From NCBI GenBank assembly GCA_036785375.1, contig JAWMAR010000030.1:7626001-7690000 (forward strand): a DNA stretch of 64,000 nt. Reading direction: 5' to 3'. The number at the start of each line of letters is the position of its first letter. Position 1 is the stretch's first letter. The notes beneath the pieces were generated by a model. The model saw nothing but the letters and a program-made list of their open reading frames with translations. It ran no database searches and had not been told where the DNA came from. The DNA is from Leucoraja ocellata. Taxonomy: Eukaryota. The translations under genes were made by a program, and so were the position numbers. Below, piece by piece: positions 59,901-64,000 of the stretch.

Positions 59901-61936
59901 GTTTGGTGCAAGCGCCAGCACTCAACATCTGGCAACTTAACAGTTTACTGTAGGCGTGAGTAAATTAAAAGCACAGGAGCAAAATATTTTAAAATGCTGT
60001 TCAACTTCACAAGGATAATTCTACATCATTAATAATCACAGTACTTTGGAATAGGTCTGGGCCTTTCACCAATGTATGGATTATATACAAGTATGAAGCA
60101 AGATGTATGCAATATGTTTGTACTAAAGCTGAAGTCACAGTCTCAGCTTTCCTAAACCATGAATGATATTCTATTCCAAACCTCATTACTTCCCGACTAA
60201 TTCCCTTGCTTACACTCTGTAGCTGTTTGTTAAAGGTATGTATGCACGCTGGCTGATCAGAGAGCAGCTGAATCATGAGCAAAGTACATTCCCACAAATG
60301 GCTTCATGTTTCGCTACTATCTTGAGCTCAAGCGCCGAAGATGTACAAACTGTACTCTGCCTTCTGCGCAGCAAATCATTCATGATTAAAGCAGTGTTGT
60401 ATGCAACACTTAACATTTCTAATCAAACACGTGGCAAAAATAGCAACATTCCCATTGCTTCCTAACCCATTCCCAAAATGCTCCATTGGATTAGAATCAT
60501 GGATTCTATGATACAGAACTGAAATGATATGAGAGAACTGCTTGATGTCAGATGAGTGTTCTTCATCACTTTGCTAACACAGAATTCAAAAGCGCATGAG
60601 TGTTATTTCCCTGAACTTTGGGAAGGAATAAGTGACATCCCAGCCTACAAACTCTCAGGGTCAGTAGAACTCCAAAATAATTTAAGTTCCTTCATTTTTT
60701 ATTGAACTCAGATGCAACTTTTAATTTTAACTGAGAATCCATATCATTATGTCTTAGTCTTTTGCTTACTATTACTGATCTATGAAAATATTATCACTCC
60801 CCACTAATTGCAATCCTTGCCTCACACCTTGCTAAGTAGCAGTGACAGGTTAGAATAATCGATATCTGTCAACCCAAATTTCCAGGATCACATTTGCAAG
60901 TTTGCGTTTAAAAAGAGATTGCGCACTTCATAGCAATCCACATAAGTATTATTAGTGATATTTATAGAAAGCTTTCACATGTCAGTCCAAAATGCAGATA
61001 CACAATTCAAGCATTAAAGTTAAGTTTAAGAAAGCCAAAACAGATTTTCCTATCCTCCTATAAGGTCATCAATAAAACTAAAAAAAAAAATAGTTGTACA
61101 ACTCATTTTAATTTTCCATGCGTTCATGGCCACAGACTTTGATGATCTGACAATTGTGGTTGTGCATCAAATTAAGTCATCGTATGTGAAGCGCATTGGG
61201 ACTGTTCAGAGAAAAGTGGAAAACACAACACTTTACCTCTGACTAAACACAATGGGAAAATAACATTGCTTCATTTTCTAGAATAAGTTCAATTTGACAA
61301 TTTAAACGATTATGTCTAAAAGTACTTGACCTAATCAGAACCTGATAAATTTGTTTTGTTTTGAAATATGCTACTGTGCAGAAAGGTCTCGCATATCCCC
61401 ATTCTTGGCAGACGTTCCAGAGACCTTACGCACTGCAGAGATGTGGCTGCCGTCACTTGCAGCTTCCTGCCTGCATCTCTGATTCATCCCTGATATTATT
61501 AGGAGCCTTCCTTAATTAATTTCAATCAGATCATTTTGACAAGTTTGCACTCAAGTTCCAAGGGGCTTCACAGGACTGCTACGTAAGGATATTTGCTGCT
61601 GAGTTTTTAGCAGAGGTACTCAATTGGATATGTTGGAATGGAATCCAAAATGTATGAGAACAGCTTTAATGTGGCGAGCAAGCTAAGCTCAAGGTAATGT
61701 GAAAGTATCAATCAAACCATGCAACTATAGGACAGGCAGCATGTATAACTTATAAATCAAGGTGGATCTAAATACATTATCAATTCCTTTCAGAGTGTCC
61801 ATCCATTCAATCGTACAAATAAATCAAAGAAACTTGGTTATCAACAGCAAACTGTTAAATATTACTGAATAAGTGGATTTCCAAAAGTCTCGCAACACAC
61901 CGGATATCCTGGGAACCCTCTTGCTCCTGGTTGACC
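287..61936 (-). CDS. Partial multi-exon MACIT collagen gene (collagen XIII/XXIII/XXV family), 26 exons, 452 aa visible
   Basis: 26 phase-0 GT-AG exons splice into one open frame of Gly-X-Y repeats with two interruptions. It contains [22 protein letters not shown]2 ...[13 protein letters not shown]3 [12 protein letters not shown] and [19 protein letters not shown], all matching recalled COL13A1/COL25A1 motifs. Paralog identity is unresolved. Confidence 0.93.
945..1215 (+). mobile_element. HE1-like V-SINE, 5'-truncated
   Basis: V-domain ggtttcctccgggtgc..ggtttcctcccacatcccaaagac and ctaaa-type tail. Confidence 0.8.
1438..1536 (-). CDS. Collagen exon 25 (99 nt) [33 protein letters not shown]
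   Basis: gtttag acceptor, gtgagt donor, 11 Gly-X-Y triplets. Confidence 0.95.
1607..1814. mobile_element. Palindromic Penelope-terminus element with 16-bp TSD
   Basis: ATGCTCTAGTCTAAGT at 1591-1606 and 1815-1830; internal inverted arms of about 80 bp; degenerate hammerhead core. Confidence 0.85.
2128..2271 (-). CDS. Collagen exon 24 (144 nt) [48 protein letters not shown]
   Basis: ctctcag acceptor, gtgagt donor, 16 triplets. Confidence 0.95.
2402..2446 (-). CDS. Collagen exon 23 (45 nt) [15 protein letters not shown]
   Basis: tttatag acceptor, gtaata donor. Confidence 0.95.
2527..3730 (+). mobile_element. HE1-like V-SINE split by an L1 insertion (SINE parts 2527-2723 and 3626-3730)
   Basis: tRNA-like A/B boxes and V-domain on the left, SINE 3' tail on the right, TAGGATAGTGTT duplicated at the break. 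Confidence 0.85.
2724..3625 (-). mobile_element. 5'-truncated L1-clade LINE (ORF2 C-terminal cysteine-rich region and 3' UTR)
   Basis: ORF 3189-3545 has [20 protein letters not shown]; after a frameshift it continues [13 protein letters not shown]; pyrimidine-rich 3' UTR. Confidence 0.85.
3731..3866 (+). mobile_element. Penelope-terminus element with hammerhead-like core
   Basis: actgcagatgctgg end; CTGAAGATGAGTCCTGACCCGAAATGTC at 3784-3811. Confidence 0.7.
4108..4236. other. Assembly gap (129 N)
   Basis: run of N. Confidence 1.
4471..4515 (-). CDS. Collagen exon 22 (45 nt) [15 protein letters not shown], start of COL3
   Basis: gtttag acceptor, gtatgt donor. Confidence 0.95.
4795..5100 (-). 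mobile_element. Old Deu-domain SINE (SacSINE1/AmnSINE-like)
   Basis: ggcagccattttgtgcacggcaagctccca ... cagcactccctcag ... ttgaacc motifs; similar decayed copies near 27740-28130, 46770-47030 and 62640-62810. Confidence 0.6.
5581..5658 (-). CDS. Collagen exon 21 (78 nt) [26 protein letters not shown], end of COL2 plus NC3
   Basis: ctatag acceptor, gtacac donor; DYNGN motif diagnostic of MACIT NC3. Confidence 0.95.
5905..5924. repeat. C20 homopolymer (G20 in the collagen pre-mRNA)
   Basis: direct read. Confidence 0.95.
6357..6383 (-). CDS. Collagen exon 20 (27 nt) GELGERGVQ
   Basis: ttgcag acceptor, gtgagt donor. Confidence 0.9.
7486..7572 (-). CDS. Collagen exon 19 (87 nt) [29 protein letters not shown]
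   Basis: aaacag acceptor, gtgcgt donor; contains a short helix imperfection (GSA-AG-GIK). Confidence 0.94.
7840..7932 (-). mobile_element. Penelope-terminus fragment
   Basis: gacacaaaatgc..cagcatctctgg..gagacccttcttcag. Confidence 0.7.
8992..9306 (-). mobile_element. HE1-like V-SINE, near full length
   Basis: reverse complement of the SINE seen at 39703 and 2527. Confidence 0.85.
9685..9729 (-). CDS. Collagen exon 18 (45 nt) [15 protein letters not shown]
   Basis: gtacag acceptor, gtaagt donor. Confidence 0.94.
11852..12077. mobile_element. Harbinger/PIF-like MITE with long terminal inverted repeats
   Basis: about 75-bp near-perfect TIRs starting TGTCCCTGTCCCACT; flanked by TAA and TTA. 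Confidence 0.8.
12165..12745 (-). mobile_element. Decayed Penelope-like element ORF (RT C-terminus and GIY-YIG endonuclease)
   Basis: minus frames read [22 protein letters not shown] and [26 protein letters not shown], with stops and frameshifts. Confidence 0.8.
12855..12908 (-). CDS. Collagen exon 17 (54 nt) [18 protein letters not shown]
   Basis: gcttag acceptor, gtagga donor. Confidence 0.93.
13110..13313. mobile_element. Palindromic Penelope-terminus element
   Basis: inverted arms; CTGAAGAAGGGTCTCGACCTGGAAAGTC at 13219-13246. Confidence 0.8.
13933..14066 (+). mobile_element. Penelope-terminus element
   Basis: CTGAAGAAGGGTCTTGACCTGAAACGCC then cagcatcttcagttccttcctacaca end; an oppositely oriented copy lies at about 14333-14462. 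Confidence 0.78.
14658..14693 (-). CDS. Collagen exon 16 (36 nt) [12 protein letters not shown]
   Basis: acacag acceptor, gtgaac donor. Confidence 0.92.
15478..15778 (-). mobile_element. HE1-like V-SINE, diverged
   Basis: tttag tail, body motifs and tRNA-like head on the minus strand. Confidence 0.65.
16209..16253 (-). CDS. Collagen exon 15 (45 nt) [15 protein letters not shown]
   Basis: ttcatag acceptor, gtattc donor. Confidence 0.93.
17300..17765. repeat. Highly decayed tandem repeat, unit about 24-28 bp, consensus near GGGTACCCATCTCCAGCT..
   Basis: recurrent gg(g/a)ta(c/t)c-ca(t/c)ctcca(g) cores at roughly regular spacing. Confidence 0.55.
17840..18135 (+). mobile_element. 3' end of a LINE (Rex1/RTE-like 3' UTR family)
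   Basis: atcaggcagctgaa..gtacctcggtacatgtgacaataaactaaact; opposite-strand copy at about 24230-24468. Confidence 0.65.
19372..19390 (+). promoter_or_regulatory. CTCF-binding motif
   Basis: TGGCCACCAGGGGGCAGCA, near-consensus core. Confidence 0.65.
19670..19929 (-). mobile_element. HE1-like V-SINE
   Basis: reverse-complement head, V-domain and tail. Confidence 0.8.
20909..20967. repeat. (TAGA)n microsatellite, about 14.75 units
   Basis: perfect tetranucleotide run. Confidence 0.98.
21284..21317 (-). ncRNA. Minimal type I hammerhead ribozyme motif in a Penelope terminus (element about 21220-21318)
   Basis: minus strand reads GU-CUGAAGA-A-GGGCCUCGACCC-GAAAC-GUC-AUCU; activity untested. Confidence 0.6.
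21359..21483 (-). mobile_element. Penelope-terminus element inserted in an old CR1
   Basis: ACTGGGATATAGTGTT duplicated at 21343-21358 and 21484-21499. Confidence 0.8.
22120..23104 (+). mobile_element. 5'-truncated Rex1/Babar-type LINE (RT C-terminal half and 3' UTR)
   Basis: open frame to 22933 with [28 protein letters not shown] (canonical FADD), [36 protein letters not shown]; (cttga)n tail resumes at about 23350. Confidence 0.9.
23105..23339 (-). mobile_element. Penelope 3' fragment: ORF end, pyrimidine-rich UTR, hammerhead-like motif, terminus
   Basis: minus strand TGAACATTGAATTCTCCCAATTT (NIEFSQF, typical Penelope ORF end) precedes CTGAAGAAGGGTTTCAGCCTGAAACGTT; caataaact(c/a)tc duplicated at the flanks. 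Confidence 0.8.
23389..23407 (+). promoter_or_regulatory. CTCF-binding motif
   Basis: TAGCCAGCAGATGGCGCTC. Confidence 0.6.
24469..24672 (+). mobile_element. HE1-like V-SINE 3' part
   Basis: V-domain and gggccgaagggcctgtttcc..ctaaa tail. Confidence 0.8.
25716..26187. mobile_element. hAT (Charlie-like) MITE
   Basis: 16-bp TIR CAGGGGTCGGCAACCT; 8-bp TSD AGGTAAAT/AGGTAAAG; sits in an old CR1 (about 25530-26410). Confidence 0.88.
25916..26050. mobile_element. Short palindromic Penelope-terminus element nested in the hAT MITE
   Basis: GTGAACACGT duplicated at 25906-25915 and 26051-26060. Confidence 0.85.
26684..27178 (-). mobile_element. L2-clade LINE 3' fragment
   Basis: minus strand [19 protein letters not shown]; (TTA)n tail; ATTGTA duplicated at 26678 and 27179. 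Confidence 0.8.
27238..27652 (+). mobile_element. CR1/HER1-type LINE 3' end, interrupted by a MITE
   Basis: aatctgtggaattctctgccacag..gatgatcagccatgatcatattg..gaagggcc. Confidence 0.82.
27311..27504. mobile_element. Harbinger-like MITE, CpG-rich
   Basis: TIR core GGCTGTCCCACT / GTCGGACAGGCCC; internal homology (inverted) to 62818-63063. Confidence 0.7.
27999..28018. repeat. C20 homopolymer
   Basis: direct read. Confidence 0.95.
29243..29287 (-). CDS. Collagen exon 14 (45 nt) [15 protein letters not shown]
   Basis: acacag acceptor, gtagtt donor. Confidence 0.92.
30885..30911 (-). CDS. Collagen exon 13 (27 nt) GDQGDVGQK
   Basis: taacag acceptor, gtaata donor. Confidence 0.9.
31315..31377 (-). 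CDS. Collagen exon 12 (63 nt) [21 protein letters not shown]
   Basis: cctcag acceptor, gtaaac donor. Confidence 0.94.
32995..33420. mobile_element. Two adjacent diverged palindromic Penelope-terminus elements
   Basis: ggaactacagatg.., gaagaagggtcc..gaaacgtc and cagcactttgtg motifs; further copies at about 31875-31970 and 32030-32190. Confidence 0.65.
33455..33860 (-). mobile_element. CR1/HER1-type LINE 3' end
   Basis: reverse complement of the CR1 ORF2 tail and 3' UTR ending (ctctatga)n. Confidence 0.72.
33930..34198 (-). mobile_element. HE1-like V-SINE
   Basis: tail, body and B-box on the minus strand. Confidence 0.8.
35280..35485. mobile_element. Palindromic Penelope-terminus element
   Basis: gtgtaggaagaactgcag start, inverted arms, ctgaagtagggtctcgacccg core remnant. 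Confidence 0.78.
38653..38706 (-). CDS. Collagen exon 11 (54 nt) [18 protein letters not shown]
   Basis: tatcag acceptor, weak gttgga donor. Confidence 0.92.
39703..39990 (+). mobile_element. HE1-like V-SINE, full length
   Basis: ggcacagtggtgcagtggtagag A-box, gggtttgatc B-box, V-domain, ctaaact tail. Confidence 0.85.
42070..42267. mobile_element. Palindromic Penelope-terminus element
   Basis: inverted arms; terminus cagcatctgca..cctacaca; cacaaa(a/g)gg.aggagat repeated at the flanks. Confidence 0.78.
42313..42357 (-). CDS. Collagen exon 10 (45 nt) [15 protein letters not shown]
   Basis: ttttcag acceptor, gtgggt donor. Confidence 0.93.
43210..43648. mobile_element. Penelope-terminus fragment (43210-43311) followed by HE1-like V-SINE (+, about 43348-43648)
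   Basis: family motifs as above. Confidence 0.78.
44727..45118 (-). mobile_element. L2-clade LINE 3' end
   Basis: [32 protein letters not shown]; (TGACT)n tail. Confidence 0.85.
45153..45254 (-). CDS. Collagen exon 9 (102 nt) [34 protein letters not shown]
   Basis: tcccag acceptor, gtaagt donor; resembles COL25A1 [28 protein letters not shown]. Confidence 0.95.
45467..45532 (-). CDS. Collagen exon 8 (66 nt), non-collagenous NC2: [22 protein letters not shown]
   Basis: gttcag acceptor, gtaaat donor, phase 0; positional and motif homology to NC2 of XXV (SADQQLIKRRLIK) and XIII (PPPVIKRRTFQ). Confidence 0.85.
48108..48447. mobile_element. Harbinger/PIF-like MITE with TAA TSD
   Basis: TIR AGCCC(A/C)TGTCCCACTGTACGAGGT..; TAA at 48105-48107 and 48448-48450; interior largely palindromic. 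Confidence 0.85.
48985..49380 (+). mobile_element. Old CR1-type LINE 3' end
   Basis: aggatgagaggtgacctcatcgaa..ttcacccagtgggtggtg motifs. Confidence 0.65.
50869..51112. mobile_element. Palindromic Penelope-terminus element with two inverted hammerhead-like cores
   Basis: arms of about 100 bp; gacgtttctggacgagacccttattcag and gaaaggtctcgacgcgaaacgtc. Confidence 0.82.
51761..51787 (-). CDS. Collagen exon 7 (27 nt) GQRGDSALT, end of COL1
   Basis: ttcctag acceptor, gtaagt donor; equivalent position to XIII GQCGEYPHR. Confidence 0.87.
52035..52061 (-). CDS. Collagen exon 6 (27 nt) GLHGAKGDK
   Basis: gcacag acceptor, gtgaga donor. Confidence 0.91.
52295..52349. repeat. 22-bp tandem duplication, about 2.5 copies
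   Basis: cttcaagtaatattcagta repeated. Confidence 0.8.
54341..54715 (+). mobile_element. Young CR1/HER1-type LINE 3' end
   Basis: [38 protein letters not shown] frame; (ttctatgt)n tail. Confidence 0.9.
54806..55142 (-). mobile_element. HE1-like V-SINE, full length
   Basis: (tttag)n tail, V-domain and tRNA head on the minus strand. Confidence 0.88.
56177..56203 (-). CDS. Collagen exon 5 (27 nt) GYIGLKGEK
   Basis: ctaaag acceptor, gtaagt donor. Confidence 0.9.
56570..56812 (+). mobile_element. CR1/HER1-type LINE 3' end
   Basis: [22 protein letters not shown] frame. Confidence 0.85.
56904..56930 (-). CDS. Collagen exon 4 (27 nt) GSPGPKGEK
   Basis: ttgcag acceptor, gtgagc donor. Confidence 0.92.
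57740..57870 (+). mobile_element. Penelope-terminus element
   Basis: TGAAGAAGGGTCTTGACCCGAAAGGTC..cagcacctgcagttccttcctacaca. Confidence 0.78.
57975..58001 (-). CDS. Collagen exon 3 (27 nt) GKAGSKGDM
   Basis: tttcag acceptor, gtaggt donor; XIII has GHPGPKGDM. Confidence 0.92.
59442..59468 (-). CDS. Collagen exon 2 (27 nt) GPIGLDGKS
   Basis: ttgaag acceptor, gtaagt donor; XIII has GPIGLDGKP. Confidence 0.93.
61901..61936 (-). CDS. Collagen exon 1 of window (36 nt) [12 protein letters not shown]
   Basis: atttag acceptor, gtgtgt donor; XIII has GQPGTRGFPGFP. Confidence 0.93.
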
Positions 61937-62817
61937 CTAAATTAAAAGAAAACACAATTGGGGGAATTAATTAATCCAAACCATCATGTTTTTTTCTCTC
62001 TGATCACTTGCATTCATCAGGTCTCAAGCCAGGCACAAACTTGGTCTTTTAAATCATTAGTAATCATTTTTCTTCTCAAGTACGGTTTTCTAAACAATTA
62101 TCCTCATTAGCAACTCATTTGAATTAAACCATGCCAACACGAGCGGAAATAGTGAGTAGTTGTCCCAGCAAGTCATAGCAGAAGTCCTATTGTGGATAAA
62201 TGCTGTCAGCGCCATCAGTGCATTCATTATGAGTGTCCTGTTCAATGTAAATTTATGTTACTTCCCCAATGTCCATTTTTAACTTTGGAAGAACAAAAGG
62301 CCGACTATAGAGCCAATTGAAGCATTCAAACCTCCAACATACTGGCAGCAGAGTTGAAGGCTGAGCTTGCACAGTTTTAGCTCCTGGATGAAGTATTTTT
62401 ATTAAGGGAGGTATGAGAACAGGGAGAATGAAAAAGCTGCAAATCGCTTGGAGCCTGTGATCATGATGTGAAATTAGTGCTTCTTATGTTTCTTTACCAC
62501 TTGTCTGACAAACAAACCCAAGTGCCACAACTTCTCTTCAAATCAAAGTAAGGGTCAAGGCTCCTCTGAATCTTTACCTCAGTATCCGTGCAAGCTGGGA
62601 ATTACAGGCCATCTTGCTGCTTGCTGCTGCATTACAGAAAAGCTCTACCAGTAAAGTGGGCAACCCAAGACCCTGGACTGATGCAACTTTCCCATTCACC
62701 CTTGAAAGGGGCATTTGGCTGCAATGCCGGACTCCCCAAATGCAGGTGCTAATTGAGGACACTTGTGCCCTTTCAGATCTTGAGCATAAAACACACAGTG
62801 CGGGACTAATGGAGTAA

Positions 62818-63063
62818 AAGGCCTGTCCCACTTGGGCGTTATTTGCGCGTCACGCAGATGGCGAGCGAAGATTTTGTACATCCCGAAATCCTGGGACGCC
62901 GCACGCGACCGCTCGTCACTGCCTACGTCACCACGCACCATGCGCACGTAATGCACACCATGCACGCATCATGTCCGTGGCATGACATGCGCGTCGTACA
63001 TCGTGACGCATCAATGAAGTCGCGTAAATTACGCGCAAATTATGCCCAAATGGGACAGGCCCT
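62818..63063. mobile_element. Harbinger-like MITE, CpG-rich
   Basis: TIR GGCCTGTCCCA(C/T)TTGGGC(G/A)T(T/A)ATTTGCGCGT; flanks TAA and TAG. Confidence 0.8.
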
Positions 63064-64000
63064 TAGCTAAGCAGATCCAGGACAAGGATAAATGACATTT
63101 TAGGCCGGAGTCCTTCAAACATCTACAGTTCCTTGTGTCTCCCTTTCTGATCTTCCCTGGCATTTTTGCACAGTAAGCACCCTTTGCACAAGGAAGCTGT
63201 TTCCTGTAGCCTGTGCATGTCCCTCTGTTTTCTGAGAGGACTCTGCCACCTCCTCCCAGCCACAATCGTGGCATGCACTCGTTCCTTGCCAACACGACCC
63301 AGTCGCTGAATGAAAGGGATTGCATTGTGGTATGACCCTTTAAGTGCCAGAGCTACTTCCTGAGGTCAGAGCTGTGAGGAAAGGTACTATTAACGGGAGA
63401 AACATGACACCTACCTCCAGCTGTTTCTGAAAACGAGTACTGTTACACCAGGGAGCCTGTTGGCATTGTCTTGGAACTGGTGCTTATTCATTTCACAAAC
63501 TTCTTTTTAGAGTTTATTTCAAAGCAACATCGGGGAGACTGTTAATTTCAGAGAAGCGTGGCAGATGAATTCTTAGGCCTATACTCAGTCCCTCTAACAA
63601 GTGGCCATATATGTGCACACTTAGACGGTCTGGTTGGCAAACTATTCTGTGTGGATCCTGTTACTGAATAAATTTGGGAGAGGTGATAGTGATGAAGGAA
63701 GAAAACTAACACAACCCAGCAGAATCTGACAAGGCCCATCATGGGCAGTGAGGAGCACATCTGCCTGAGTCAGAAGGTTACATATTTAATTCTCTCACCA
63801 GAGGAGTGAGCACCAAAATGTCAATTACTCTAAACTGTTAATGTTGAACAGGGTTCCAACCATTTGCTCAGGTGGAGAGGAAAGAACGTTAAAGGTGTAC
63901 TGTTTCAAAGAAGAGCAGGAAAGTCCGGATTGACAGCCTGTCCAACATCAATTAAATCTCACCAAAGGGATTACTTGGCAACTATCACACTCCTGCTTTT

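Overview
Vertebrate genomic DNA, almost certainly from a skate or ray, judged by its HE1/V-SINE, HER1/CR1-type and Penelope-type repeats. The whole window lies inside one minus-strand collagen gene; neither end of the gene is visible. I read 26 GT-AG, phase-0 exons between 61936 and 287 (1356 nt, 452 aa). They cover the end of COL1, NC2, COL2, NC3 ([15 protein letters not shown]) and the start of COL3 of a membrane-associated collagen with interrupted triple helices (MACIT; the COL13A1/COL23A1/COL25A1 family). Compared from memory with the human paralogs, the protein mixes XIII-like and XXV-like signatures, so it may be a divergent or fourth family member. The introns are dense with transposons: V-SINEs, Deu-domain SINEs, CR1, L2, L1 and Rex1/Babar fragments, hAT and Harbinger-like MITEs, and a decayed Penelope GIY-YIG ORF. 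About 20 short, often palindromic Penelope-terminus elements are also present, many carrying a minimal hammerhead-ribozyme motif (CUGAAGA-A-stem II-GAAAC-GUH). There is one 129-N assembly gap. Family assignments rest on recalled consensus sequences and were not checked against a database. Repeat boundaries are approximate unless a target-site duplication (TSD) is given.
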